This document shows, in pieces, positions 30,121 through 40,672 of a stretch of DNA of 64,000 nt. The DNA is taken from assembly GCA_000002435.2 (NCBI GenBank), contig CM018789.1. One strand, given 5' to 3'. Each line of letters opens with the position of its first letter. The stretch's first letter is position 1. The translations under genes and the position numbers were made by a program. Under the pieces are notes generated by a model. It ran no database searches and was not told the origin of the DNA. It worked only from the letters and a program-made list of their open reading frames with translations. The stretch comes from Giardia intestinalis. Lineage: Eukaryota.

Positions 30121-30651
30121 CTACTTCTTGACTGCACGGGCGCGCTTTATGTTTGCTGCCTGTTGCGCCTTGTTCTTCGCGACACGCTCCTTCTTCTCTC
30201 TGCGTGCACGTGTGAAAGGATCTTCTGCGCCGGTGTAGTCGTCAACACCAGGCTTCGCAGGGACAATAGGATCGAACTCTATGGTATTATCTGTGCGCCG
30301 CCTATATCCATAGCGTGGGCGATACTCACCTGTCTTTTCGTCAAAGACCTTTTGAGACCGGGATCGCTTCTTAATACCTTTCTCTTTAGCAAACTTCTCC
30401 CACGTCGTCAAGGGCTTTTCTTCTGGGAGAGGCTTTTCACGTGGTAGCAAAGTTCTGGGCTCTGGAAGCGTTGCGACTGGTCCCATCGGTCCAGAAGTGG
30501 AGGGTAGCATGACAAATTCTTTACATAGAGAGGCGAGTGTTTTAACCGCTAGCTGCATCAGTACATGCTCGTTAGGTGTTGATAAAGTTGCCTCCTCGGG
30601 TAAGGGCTCCAAATTCGTTGCCATAAGGTAGTGAAGGTCATAGTCTGGCAT
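30121..30651 (-). CDS. RRS1: ribosome biogenesis regulatory protein RRS1 homologue
   Basis: LPREKPLPEEKPLTTWEKFAKEKGIKKRSRSQKVFDEKTGEYRPRYGYRRRTDNT...ARREKKERVAKNKAQ matches RRS1 core (KPLP..PLT.W..FA..KGI...K...WDE..G.W..R.GY.R...DT...AK.KKERVAKNE). Confidence 0.65.
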   Translation of the reverse strand: MPDYDLHYLMATNLEPLPEEATLSTPNEHVLMQLAVKTLASLCKEFVMLPSTSGPMGPVATLPEPRTLLPREKPLPEEKPLTTWEKFAKEKGIKKRSRSQKVFDEKTGEYRPRYGYRRRTDNTIEFDPIVPAKPGVDDYTGAEDPFTRARREKKERVAKNKAQQAANIKRARAVKK

Positions 30652-30669
30652 GATATTTATTTCTTCTTT

Positions 30670-32589
30670 TTAGACCTTTCCCCCCAACGTTGCAGTGACC
30701 CCCAGCGGCCGCACCAATGGCTGTAAGTTGTGCATAGCCTGGGAAGATGTATTGATATTGGGCTTTGAGACCTTTCGAACGAAGAACGAAAGAGCGTGCA
30801 TCACGTCCTCGGCTTCTATTAGGTGTTGCTGGATTATCGCCTTATCGGCCTTCTTTTGCGAATTTTCTATCCCCCGTAAGCATTCAGTGAACGCAGCATG
30901 TGCCTTCTTGACGTGAGAGAAGCCGTCAAACTCTCTATCATACATGGTATAGAGTAGTGCTAGTGTGAGGGACACGTGGCCGTATTCAAGTGTGTCTTTT
31001 CCAAGGTATAGAGAGTATATCATCTGTATCTCTAAAAGCATGCTGATTGGGTCACCTAGCTCAGCGTGGGGAAAGTTTAGTATGCATCCCTTGTTGAATT
31101 GTCGCCGGATTGTAATAGCCCACACGTCTACGATGATGCGTAGCATATTTATACCTTGCTTTAAGCCCTTTCCAAGGTTGCAGAAGCGCGCGGATGGCTC
31201 TCCAGATAAATCAAATGTGACGTCTTCGATGTAGCGATCAAATCGCTTGAGATGACGAGGAGGAGATGGAGCTGGAGTGATAGCAGGGTGTGCAGGTCTT
31301 TCATCAGATAGATATATGCCCATGCTGGACGAAGATGCTATACCTGTGGACTCGGAGGATTTGGGCACTCTCGTGGCAGACTTTGGTTTGGCATGAGGTA
31401 TACCCATTGGAGGCCGTCCGGCTGCCATGGCAGTAACTGGTCTCCTCCCCTTTTCCTGGACTGTTTTGTTATGGTAGATTAGTCTCTTGATTGAGTGTTG
31501 AAGCCTGAGCTTGGGATCTGGATTAGATTGGCTAGCTTCAGCTTCAAAAGTAGAGGACGAACCAACAGACCCTCGCTCTCCGCGGTCCCGCTCCTTCTCT
31601 ATTTCTATCTGTGCTTTTCTTATGAATGTTTTGGCTACACCGTAGTATATGAGTGTGGCTTCGAGACTTGTTGGACCATAAGCCAGTGACATCAGGTATG
31701 CAGAGTGGCTATAGTTGTCTAAAGCCTCTGGAAACCTGTTAGAGTCTAGAAACATGGTGCCTGCTATGTGGCAGATCAAGCTCATGAGTTGAAGAATGTT
31801 CTTGGGTAGCTTTGCGACAATTCGTATCGGTAATAGATCAGATTGGAGAGATATTAAAACGTCCCCAAATCCCGTTCGTGTTCCTGTCCGCAACGCTAGT
31901 GTGCGTGCGTCATATTTTCGTTCGTAGTATTTGTGTCCCATAGTCGTCAAAGTGGACAGAAGCAGATAGTGCATGCCAGACTTCAATCGAGGAAGTGCGT
32001 CTTGAACATAGGCATACTTTTCTAAGCCCAGATGCGCCTGCACCAGTAAGGTGTTTGCCTTAACATATTCATAGCTATTCGTTGAATATATGTGCTCAGC
32101 AAGAATGATGTAGCGAACAGATGGAGCAATGGCCATGATGAAGCATCTACTGGTGATGTATTCCTTGGCCTTTTCAGAGGCCATTTCGCAAATTTCCTTG
32201 AGCATGCCCAACTGCACGGTTGTTTCTGCACGCCCCTTGACAATATCTTCTATAGACTCATATCTTCCTGGCACAAATGACATGGCCCACACTTCTGCCA
32301 ATTTGGGGCAAATATAGAAATGGATGCTTTCAGAGTCCAGCAGAAAATGCTCATACGTGCACCAGTGACTGCGGCATGCTAAGCATTGCAATGTGGCTCT
32401 CTTGCTACAGAGATCACAAGAGATCTGTCTGTTTTTTGGGATGGCCAATGGATTAAGGGGTTTTAAAAGGTCAAATGACTGTGTCCGCAGTTTTTCCTTC
32501 GTCATGACATACCACCGGTACTCCTCCGGAGACATCCCGTCACCATTCTCACTGTACTCTAAGTTCTGGAGCTCCAGTATGGCCTTCAT
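30670..32589 (-). CDS. hypothetical protein with N-terminal MYND/HIT-type zinc finger
   Basis: CDLCSKRATLQCLACRSHWCTYEHFLLDSESIHFYIC (C-x2-C-x7-C-x2-C-x4-C-x3-H...H-x3-C); start reset to ATG 32589. Confidence 0.4.
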   Translation of the reverse strand: MKAILELQNLEYSENGDGMSPEEYRWYVMTKEKLRTQSFDLLKPLNPLAIPKNRQISCDLCSKRATLQCLACRSHWCTYEHFLLDSESIHFYICPKLAEVWAMSFVPGRYESIEDIVKGRAETTVQLGMLKEICEMASEKAKEYITSRCFIMAIAPSVRYIILAEHIYSTNSYEYVKANTLLVQAHLGLEKYAYVQDALPRLKSGMHYLLLSTLTTMGHKYYERKYDARTLALRTGTRTGFGDVLISLQSDLLPIRIVAKLPKNILQLMSLICHIAGTMFLDSNRFPEALDNYSHSAYLMSLAYGPTSLEATLIYYGVAKTFIRKAQIEIEKERDRGERGSVGSSSTFEAEASQSNPDPKLRLQHSIKRLIYHNKTVQEKGRRPVTAMAAGRPPMGIPHAKPKSATRVPKSSESTGIASSSSMGIYLSDERPAHPAITPAPSPPRHLKRFDRYIEDVTFDLSGEPSARFCNLGKGLKQGINMLRIIVDVWAITIRRQFNKGCILNFPHAELGDPISMLLEIQMIYSLYLGKDTLEYGHVSLTLALLYTMYDREFDGFSHVKKAHAAFTECLRGIENSQKKADKAIIQQHLIEAEDVMHALSFFVRKVSKPNINTSSQAMHNLQPLVRPLGVTATLGGKV

Positions 32590-32949
32590 CAATAGGATTT
32601 CAAAGGTTACTACTTGCTATTCTGAGGTAAATTCCAAAATCTAAAAAAACCTGCTCTAGTGGCCCTCTCCATAAAGCGTAGGAGATAGTAGACGCGAAAA
32701 CATATGCGAAAACAATTCACAACTTAATTAGCTTTAAGAATCTTAATAATTTATTGCTGAAAAACAAATGGATAAACCTCACTAAAATGTATTCAAACTA
32801 AAGTATACAAAAGTACATTACATAGACATGTTGCACCACTTAATCTAGCTCATAGAAGGTTCATGGAGGAGAGCTATAGTCTGTAGTAGATGTCAACTTT
32901 CCCTATCAATCTATTGAAGATCGTCCTCAAGCTACCAAGATCTATAAGT

Positions 32950-35900
32950 TTAGTTCTGGATCAACAGTTGTTTGGGCCGCGAGACTAGCCACGGATGAGT
33001 AAGCATCAGCTCTGGGCTCCAGCGAAGATCCAGGTTAAAGGTCCAGCAGCGCTTGATAAAGTCCACAGCATTTGCAGAAATGATCTGCGAGTAGATCGCC
33101 GTTTCAAAGAAAGTGTCCAGATTTCCGCACTCCTCCTTCTGTGCTCCAGGTTTTGCATAGTTCAAATCGTACCAAGGGAGGATACCGGTTGAGGCGAAGT
33201 AAGCCCTTCGCATGCTCCATGGCACCTTTGCCTTCTCTATTGCGGCATCGCAGTTCTTCACTGTATAAACAGCATATCTGTTTGGTGCAACCTCTACCTT
33301 GTCAGAAGACATCAGCATCATTTGATAAATAACGCTAGAATTGTTTGCTACAAGTAGGCTTCGCTCTCCACTACCGGGCGCGAAAGAAGGGACCTTCGAG
33401 ATATCAGCAAACGATGGACAGAAGAGGTTGTTGAGGTTGTGGCCACGCCGTCCCTGATGCAGGTTAACCAGAGTTTCAAGTAGTCTGAAGGTAAGAGTGC
33501 CGACAGACCAGATGTCCGACTTGGTGTCTATTCCCCCACAAACCACTTCCGGGGCAACCCAGATGGTGTTGTGTTCCATAGGCTCGTTGGCAGAGAGAGG
33601 GTACATAAACCCCATGTGGTAGATCTTCGCCACGGGGTCACCGTTGCTGTTCTTCTTAACCCATATCTGATTTGGCCGGAGGTCACGGTGGATAAGCTTT
33701 GTGTCATTAGAGTAGAGGAAGTTTATAGCCTGAAGAAGCGAACGAATAAAGACCCTGATTCGTCGCTCGGACCTAAAGAGTTGGAGAGCCTCCTCGTCAT
33801 ATTGGAAGACACGTGATAGTTTGATCTTTGGCGGTGATTCAGTAAATACATAAAATGCATTGTTAATAGCCGTACCGCAGCCAACAAATGACAAAATGCC
33901 TCTGTGAGACAATTGGCGATATACACGGAGAAACTGCTTTCCAGAAAGCGTCATCGGAAATATCTTTGCAGAGAGAACTGTGTGCTGCAGAAGATCCCAG
34001 GCTGGTAGCATGACATTGAAAGAGTTTGTCTTTGGCATTTTGGTCGAAAATCCGTACCCGGCTGTTATCTTTGTCTTCTGCGGAAGAATAATGAAACGAT
34101 TCTTGATGACTGCCACAGGTGGGAACGTTGTGCAGATGGCAGCCATCACACTTTTGAGTCCCGCGTCGTAGCTACGCAGCTCTAGTGTGCGTTGCTCCGC
34201 ACGGAAAGAGTTAAATACTGCCAAGAGTGATCCCATACACACCAGGTAGTCGGCATTGTCAAGGTAAAAAGGGTCATTGACCATGCGGGCAACCTCCTCC
34301 AAAAAGAACGCTTGTTCGGGAAACATGGCTTGGACTATAGATAAGTACTTTTGCCTGTCTCTGGACTTCTGTGTTGGAAGGAGTAGGGGATGTGGTGTGA
34401 TTTGCATACTACCGTAGATAGAAGACGCATTCTCCGATGCTAGCATTTCTTTCACATTATCTGAATGGATGTCTAGCTCTTCCTTAAGATAATCAGCCCT
34501 TGAGTCTTCTCCTGTGCACCCAAATCGTGCCATGCTGTACGTCGTTAGGATCTCAGGAAGAAAGTTAGCTGGTAGACCGGGAGTCCCGTGGATCGTCAGA
34601 AAAGCCACAGGCAAGAAAAACACCGTTGAGGAGTAGATAACAGCTAGCATGTCCCGACCTTTTTCTTCCGGCTTAAACCTTATCTGTGGAAGAGTAGAGG
34701 CAGTCTCGACGGAAGATGTATGGTCTGCAGGGTCGTCAACCCCCATGATAGTGCCAACATGCCCCAGAGACTTAGCTAAAAAGGGGACACGGTTCTCAAC
34801 GATTGCGTTGTTAGTGCGAGAGCGATTTATCAATTGCTTGATACGGCATTCCAACACTATATGGCGATCAAATGTGGCGTCATTCTCAACTATAAACTCC
34901 ACTTCTGTTGGACTGTATGCTCTGCTGGCCAGCCGGGACCGCATATGCCTGTGGATAGGTTGAAATGCTTCTGCATCTGCCAGAGACACTACCCTAGCTT
35001 CAGTGTCTACTTTTGTTATCGAATATACCGCGACACTATCGTCCATTAGATGCAATACTAAGTGACGCTCAGTCGCATAGAGAGAAAGAATCTTAGTTGG
35101 AAGCGTATTTGCAGACGATGTGAGAAAGAGCTGGGACAAGGGTGAAGCTACGGAGACATTGTAAAACTGGGCAGTGACTGATGGCGTTGGGAGAGATAAG
35201 AACTCGGTACGCATGGCACGGATCTTTGACGAAAAACCTGATTCGGTTAGAGAACGAATTGAGGCAGCTAAGTCCATGGTATCTACTCTCACGGATGACT
35301 CTAAATAGTAGATGTAAGCGAAGCTGAGTGCAGCTTCACCAGAGGAAGTGGTCGTATGTATGCAGCCTGCTATAGAAAGATTAGATAACGATGTAACATA
35401 TCTCGTCTCAGTAGAGTCCACGTGCAGCAAATCCAACAGCCCTAAGAAGACCAAGTTCAAGCCTAGAGAGTGCTTGTCAAGGCCTTGCAGTTTATACAAG
35501 CCGCAGTGTCCAGTGTTATAGAGAACAGCTTGCAGGGGCCATGAGACTACTACCTCGACAGGGTAGCTATGCTCGTCAGTGTCTACTTCCTGTCTGCTGC
35601 CTGACAAGGTGACTGCTGGTGTAGACAAGTGTGTGCGCTGAGACAATGATTCAAGGGTAAGTACGTTTATACTTTTCGCGCTGCAAACGGTCAGGAGATA
35701 CTCATTCTTGTAGTTAAAAATGGTACTCGCCGAAAGGTTCTCCTGCAAGTTCTCAATGTGTACGAGCACATGGTTTGAAATATGACAGATCCAACCCGGC
35801 GAGAAGACCAGTACTAGGTTTATGCTTAAGCTGGTGAGATAGAAATGAGCATTGATGATTCTTCCAGACACCGCAGAAGGAGAGATGGTGAGTGACTTGT

Positions 35901-36150
35901 GCTGTTCAAGAGTCGAACCAACCACCCCATTAAATGGAAAAGTGAAGTTGTTGATCTCTGCGTGCGTTACCCCGTCCAAGATCTTCAGTGATTCCTGTGT
36001 CACAACGTAACATCTGGCTAGATGAGAGATGTAGTGGGAGGCTATGATGGCTATATCGCTATGAAAGCGCGTACAGTCGTCAAGGTTCAACATTTTTCTG
36101 TGACCCAAAGAAGTAGGCTGGAGGCAGTTTTTTGGCGATAGAAAGAGCAT
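32950..36150 (-). CDS. large protein with C-terminal protein-kinase-like domain (possible NEK-type pseudokinase)
   Basis: HRDLRPNQIWV catalytic loop and WVAPEVV (APE) present, but DFG position reads HMG and glycine loop is GCGTAINNA; ~800-aa N-terminal extension; start reset to ATG 36150. Confidence 0.5.
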   Translation of the reverse strand: MLFLSPKNCLQPTSLGHRKMLNLDDCTRFHSDIAIIASHYISHLARCYVVTQESLKILDGVTHAEINNFTFPFNGVVGSTLEQHKSLTISPSAVSGRIINAHFYLTSLSINLVLVFSPGWICHISNHVLVHIENLQENLSASTIFNYKNEYLLTVCSAKSINVLTLESLSQRTHLSTPAVTLSGSRQEVDTDEHSYPVEVVVSWPLQAVLYNTGHCGLYKLQGLDKHSLGLNLVFLGLLDLLHVDSTETRYVTSLSNLSIAGCIHTTTSSGEAALSFAYIYYLESSVRVDTMDLAASIRSLTESGFSSKIRAMRTEFLSLPTPSVTAQFYNVSVASPLSQLFLTSSANTLPTKILSLYATERHLVLHLMDDSVAVYSITKVDTEARVVSLADAEAFQPIHRHMRSRLASRAYSPTEVEFIVENDATFDRHIVLECRIKQLINRSRTNNAIVENRVPFLAKSLGHVGTIMGVDDPADHTSSVETASTLPQIRFKPEEKGRDMLAVIYSSTVFFLPVAFLTIHGTPGLPANFLPEILTTYSMARFGCTGEDSRADYLKEELDIHSDNVKEMLASENASSIYGSMQITPHPLLLPTQKSRDRQKYLSIVQAMFPEQAFFLEEVARMVNDPFYLDNADYLVCMGSLLAVFNSFRAEQRTLELRSYDAGLKSVMAAICTTFPPVAVIKNRFIILPQKTKITAGYGFSTKMPKTNSFNVMLPAWDLLQHTVLSAKIFPMTLSGKQFLRVYRQLSHRGILSFVGCGTAINNAFYVFTESPPKIKLSRVFQYDEEALQLFRSERRIRVFIRSLLQAINFLYSNDTKLIHRDLRPNQIWVKKNSNGDPVAKIYHMGFMYPLSANEPMEHNTIWVAPEVVCGGIDTKSDIWSVGTLTFRLLETLVNLHQGRRGHNLNNLFCPSFADISKVPSFAPGSGERSLLVANNSSVIYQMMLMSSDKVEVAPNRYAVYTVKNCDAAIEKAKVPWSMRRAYFASTGILPWYDLNYAKPGAQKEECGNLDTFFETAIYSQIISANAVDFIKRCWTFNLDLRWSPELMLTHPWLVSRPKQLLIQN

Positions 36151-36401
36151 GTCTTCCAAGACATCCAAAAGGGTAAGGCTTCCTCTGGAAGCTCTGGAAG
36201 GCTAGGAAGGTTGAAATAAGAACTAGAAGAGTTTCCAGAATCTACCAGCCCAATCGAATCAGCTTACACGGACTCGACTGTCTGCAGAGTGTTTATGAAA
36301 TGTGATAATTGTCCACTTTTTATGTACTTATTACTTATTACCATCTTTGCTGTTCTTTTAAGGTCTTTTTTGCAAATTTCTCGCAAATTTGTGAGAGTCT
36401 G

Positions 36402-38639
36402 ATGGAGGAAGGTGAGGCCAACAACACCAACAACTTCAGACTCCATGTTGCTGAGGGTGACGCGTGCTTCCGCTTGGGACTGTTTCAGAAGGCTATAAGC
36501 TCCTATACAGCGGCGCTAGACATTCGCAAGGATCGCAATGTCTTGATAGCCCGCTCAAAGTCCTATGCGTCTCTAGGAATGAATGACGAGGCAATCCAAG
36601 ACGCCACTGACTCTGTCGGGAGTGATACAAACTTCTACCGTGGGTATTACCAGCTTGCACAGGCGTATTTTGTTGCAGGCCTCTTTGAAGAGGCATTGGT
36701 CTACTACTACCGGGCGTACAGGAAACGGCCAGATATACAAGAGTACCGTCTTGGTGTCCAGAAGGCAGAAGAGTCCATCTTGCGCGCTATTGATACGGGA
36801 ATAGACTGCGTGGATGAGCTGACAGTAAAGTGCAACTTAGCACCCACAGTTGAGGAGATTGAAGCCCTCTACCAATCTGAGGAGCTGCAGTTCACGACCA
36901 TCAACGGTGAAGAGCTTGAGCTGGGCCCAAATACTTTTCGTTGTCTATGCGGTTGCCCACACTGTGATCCCACGACCTGCGATGATCTAGTCAACCAGGA
37001 GTTTGAATCTCTCTGCACGTGTAGATGTGAAGCATGTCTCCACCACTTGGCATATAAGCACAACCACATTCTGGACCCCATCTCCAATACTCTCATAAGC
37101 ATACAGAGTGTTCTGGATGAAACTAACCATACCGATAGCGCCATGTTATCTCCAGGCCAAACCCCTCTCACTAGCCGAGTCAAGGTATCTGGTACGTCAA
37201 CCTCAATGCTGGGAAGCACTCGTCAAACCGCAATGGAGCGCGAGTTTCGCCAGGAACAAAGTCTGAGGAAAAAGTACAAGACTGCTGGTGATCTAGCACC
37301 AGATCGCGCTTTCTTAGAGCTTCTCCAGAAAGACTCTACCCTCACTACAACCTGCGGAAGTGTTAAGCCAATTATATCTAGTGGAATTGAGTTCATAGAT
37401 AAGCGTTCTGAATTCTGGCGCCAGCAAGCCCAAGGTACTGCACAGAGTAATCAGACAGTTACTGGCAGGAAGACGGTGACTAAGTCGTCTCTTAGTCGTG
37501 CTGGCACTGGTACGCTTTCAAGCATGTCAATAAAAAGAGTACCGCAGCCCTTGGGGAGTAGCTGCGTCAGTGCCGACAACTCTATGAATGCCCTAGACTC
37601 CTCGGAGATGACTGGGAGAAGCAGGAGCAAGTCAAAAGGCAACCGTCTTGCGCAGCTGCGTGCGCCTGGAAAGAAAACTGTCCAGGATATTGTTGGGCTT
37701 ATTCAGCATGTTCAACAGCAGATAGAATTGGGCAATCTAGACGATGCCCTTGCGGACGCGAAACTGGCAGATCAGTATGCCACAGCATTGGTCGTCAATC
37801 CAGCTGACAAGCAGGCGGCAGTTGAAAAGGAGATGCTTCTTGCCGATATACAGACGTGCATAGGATGTCTTTTGTACGACACTAATAGACCAGGTGTTTC
37901 TGTTCAAAGGTTCCGTCATGCTCTCACTCTCAATACAGGTATAAAGGACGTTAGGGGTATAATAAGGTCCCTACGTAACTTAGGGCGCGTGCTTTTAGCT
38001 GTTGGCGATTATACCAGTGCCAAAGAATCTTATGAAGGAATACTCCCTTACATAGAGGCTAAAAATGATAACGGGGAGCTTGTCTGTCCACGCTACATCA
38101 TTGCAGAAGCGTGCATTAACGCTGCCAAATGTGTGATAGACTCAGGTGTCCAAGGTCCTGCGTTTGACTATCTTAAGAGTGCACTTCACATCTTATCTGG
38201 CGGTACCTTTATGCTAGACGATCCTGGGACTGACATACAATTGAACTACGTAGATCCTGAGCTGGACACTTTCCGTTCTAGAGCACCGAGCTTCTTTGTT
38301 ACACCGGACAGCACACCGAACGAGTTGGCCCTCGATGCCCTCTGCTTAGCGGGTAAGCTATATTATGGAAGCAACTCTATTGATGAATCGAAGAAGACAT
38401 TCATTCTTTGCAAGGAAAAGGCCCGCGGTCTTCGTGATGTGTCTGCAGAGAAGGCTGCCCTGGTCAATTTGAAGTTCCTTGCCATGCAGGAGAACAATGA
38501 ATCGCTGGCAAATCAGTACCAGGCCGAAATAGATAGTCTTTCAACTACCTCTCAGGTTCCCAGCACGTTCAATTCGACCGTGGCAGGGGCTTCAGTGTCA
38601 GCAGGCACTAAGAAGAAAGGTCTATCTATTAAGACGTAA
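36402..38639 (+). CDS. TPR repeat-containing protein with Cys-rich metal-binding-like cluster
   Basis: TPR-like helices (SYASLGMNDEAIQDATDSV...YYQLAQAYFVAGLFEEALVYYYRAYRKRPD); cluster CLCGCPHCDPTTCDD...CTCRCEACLHH; start reset from TTG 36309 to first ATG 36402. Confidence 0.5.
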   Translation: MEEGEANNTNNFRLHVAEGDACFRLGLFQKAISSYTAALDIRKDRNVLIARSKSYASLGMNDEAIQDATDSVGSDTNFYRGYYQLAQAYFVAGLFEEALVYYYRAYRKRPDIQEYRLGVQKAEESILRAIDTGIDCVDELTVKCNLAPTVEEIEALYQSEELQFTTINGEELELGPNTFRCLCGCPHCDPTTCDDLVNQEFESLCTCRCEACLHHLAYKHNHILDPISNTLISIQSVLDETNHTDSAMLSPGQTPLTSRVKVSGTSTSMLGSTRQTAMEREFRQEQSLRKKYKTAGDLAPDRAFLELLQKDSTLTTTCGSVKPIISSGIEFIDKRSEFWRQQAQGTAQSNQTVTGRKTVTKSSLSRAGTGTLSSMSIKRVPQPLGSSCVSADNSMNALDSSEMTGRSRSKSKGNRLAQLRAPGKKTVQDIVGLIQHVQQQIELGNLDDALADAKLADQYATALVVNPADKQAAVEKEMLLADIQTCIGCLLYDTNRPGVSVQRFRHALTLNTGIKDVRGIIRSLRNLGRVLLAVGDYTSAKESYEGILPYIEAKNDNGELVCPRYIIAEACINAAKCVIDSGVQGPAFDYLKSALHILSGGTFMLDDPGTDIQLNYVDPELDTFRSRAPSFFVTPDSTPNELALDALCLAGKLYYGSNSIDESKKTFILCKEKARGLRDVSAEKAALVNLKFLAMQENNESLANQYQAEIDSLSTTSQVPSTFNSTVAGASVSAGTKKKGLSIKT

Positions 38640-38736
38640 ATGGTGCACGTCCTATTGTTGTTTCATTTACAATTGGCACAACCCCGGCAGTTGGTGAAAG
38701 GGGCTTAAAAAATGAAAACGAAAACCCGAGACAGAC

Positions 38737-39249
38737 ATGGAGGAGGCGTCAAACCCTCAAATGAAGACTAGAAGTAAAAAGGGCGGATACTATAAGCATG
38801 CAAAGATGTGGACCACCGGAGAAGAGCTTCTCCTCGTGGCCTGTCTTGTTCTATATGGCCCTGATTGGAAGACTATGGAGAAGCATATACCGGATAGAAG
38901 CAGCAACATGCTCAAAACAAAGGTGTACAACAGCCTACGTACAATATCTGTTAAAGGAAAGCTGGGGTCTGGGGGCGACTTTAACAAGGCCATGCGAGAT
39001 GCACAGCAATGGTACAAAGATGAGGGTAATATAGATCGGTTTTGCGAGTGCTTCTTGACTCCCAAGAATGTTAAAACGCTCTACCCCAATGTCTGGAGCG
39101 TCTGCGTGTCACTGATGAAGAAAAACTCTGGAACATTAGGGGCCAGTTCTGACCCGTTCCAGGCACTTCCTGAGCATGGTCTTGACGCCAGTCTTAACGC
39201 AAGCCTTGACGCCACAGATCAAGTTCTGTCTCTGTCGACGAGCTCGTAG
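38737..39249 (+). CDS. Myb/SANT DNA-binding domain protein (single repeat)
   Basis: WTTGEELLLVACLVLYGPDWKTMEKHIPDRSSNMLKTKVYN resembles a Myb/SANT repeat (W..EE..L......G..W..I.....R). Confidence 0.5.
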   Translation: MEEASNPQMKTRSKKGGYYKHAKMWTTGEELLLVACLVLYGPDWKTMEKHIPDRSSNMLKTKVYNSLRTISVKGKLGSGGDFNKAMRDAQQWYKDEGNIDRFCECFLTPKNVKTLYPNVWSVCVSLMKKNSGTLGASSDPFQALPEHGLDASLNASLDATDQVLSLSTSS

Positions 39250-39290
39250 ATAGCAGAGCCTAAAGGAGAGTAAATACAGTATGGTCTGCA

Positions 39291-40532
39291 TCAGATGTCG
39301 AAGTCGTCAGATAGATCACTAATGTTTATCTTCTTTGCCCCTGGATTAAAGCCGAAGTCGTCACTAAAACTGTCCACGCTTTCAACAAGCTTCTTCTTCG
39401 GGGTAAGATGGAAGCTGCTGTCACTATCTAGGTTCACGGAGTCGTCGCCTTTCTTGAATTTCCCTTGCCTGAGAGTCGTATCTTGAGAGGCCTTCTTAGT
39501 ATTGTCTGCCGTGGGCTGTGTCTTTTCTTCCACAACAGGACTGGCTGCCGAATCTCTGGAGGTCTTTGGCGTCTTCGGTGTGCTAGAGGCTCTCTTCTCC
39601 GACCGGCTTCTGGGGTTCTTTTCCATATACGGTTGTGACTCTCCCGTGCGCTGCATCCTTGAGCGAAGATGCTCAGTGAGCTTGTGCTGCTTCAGGATTG
39701 CTGCCTCGCAGTCTTTTATATACTTTTCTTGAGATTTGAGCTTCCCCTCTAGCTCACGAGCCCGGAGCACGGCGTACTTCAGTCTGCGTGTAAGCCCCAG
39801 GTTCTCTAGCTTGAGAGTGCGTTCTACTTCGTCATGCTGCTCCCTCTCCACCTTCAGGGCTTGGATGAGCTGCCTACACTTATCCTTGAGCTTCTCCTGA
39901 GCCAGCTCCCAGCTTGCAGGCGCTTCTGGAGCAAGCGGTTTAAGCATGTCTGCGACAGCGATAGACTTTGCTGCATTTGTTTGTTCTAGCAATAGCGATA
40001 TATCCTCCCCGGCACGAATAGATGTCTTGTCCTTAATTCGTTTAATTTGCCCCTCTAGCTGTGCTATCCGCTGATTTGCCGCAATAAGCATTTCCCTAAG
40101 TCGCGCAGTTGCCTCGTCTCCAGTGGCTAGCTCTGCATTTAGTGCGTCTAACGTCATTGTTCCTTCCATGTACACAAGACCTGCACTGCGAGTGGAATCT
40201 TGCGTCTTAGAACCATAATGAGCAGATATTTTGGACTTATCGCTTGCAGATCCCTTTTTACCTATGCTTGTTAGAGCATCGGCATCTGAGAGTAGCTGAT
40301 CCACTTCTGGATCAAGCCTTGGAGCGGAGCGCTTAACCCCCTGGTATGCCTCTTTTGGAAGAGCTTTGGCTCTAGCAGAGCGACTGGATTGCTGTCGGAC
40401 TGGCGGTCCAGTATCCTTAAGCTTGTCTTTGCCAAGGAGTTTCGCTATGGTGGAGGATTGGCCTCCTGTGATCTGACTGTTCTGAGATGGTAGCTCGGAG
40501 TCCCTACTAGGTTCAGACTTGGGTTCAGACAT
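39291..40532 (-). CDS. hypothetical coiled-coil protein
   Basis: ORF with central heptad region; start reset from TTG to ATG 40532; no family recognised. Confidence 0.4.
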   Translation of the reverse strand: MSEPKSEPSRDSELPSQNSQITGGQSSTIAKLLGKDKLKDTGPPVRQQSSRSARAKALPKEAYQGVKRSAPRLDPEVDQLLSDADALTSIGKKGSASDKSKISAHYGSKTQDSTRSAGLVYMEGTMTLDALNAELATGDEATARLREMLIAANQRIAQLEGQIKRIKDKTSIRAGEDISLLLEQTNAAKSIAVADMLKPLAPEAPASWELAQEKLKDKCRQLIQALKVEREQHDEVERTLKLENLGLTRRLKYAVLRARELEGKLKSQEKYIKDCEAAILKQHKLTEHLRSRMQRTGESQPYMEKNPRSRSEKRASSTPKTPKTSRDSAASPVVEEKTQPTADNTKKASQDTTLRQGKFKKGDDSVNLDSDSSFHLTPKKKLVESVDSFSDDFGFNPGAKKINISDLSDDFDI

Positions 40533-40672
40533 ACTCCAGTGCAAGTCTTCCTACACCAGCCAATGATTAGTATCTCTCAGTGAAAATTGCTCTAGAATAT
40601 GTGTTTTTCCACAAAAGATATGGGAAATTTACAAATTTTAGAGCAGATTAAAATGATAGATAAAATAACTTT

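Noticed and set aside
36309-36401. N-terminal extensions in the ORF track that start on TTG/GTG (also 42386, 44038, 2940, 19170, 29187, 36168, 40544, 26319, 32592)
   Set aside because: Start codons are non-ATG; in each case an in-frame ATG preceded by an A/T-rich initiator lies 9-93 nt downstream and gives a sensible N-terminus (signal peptide, conserved family start)
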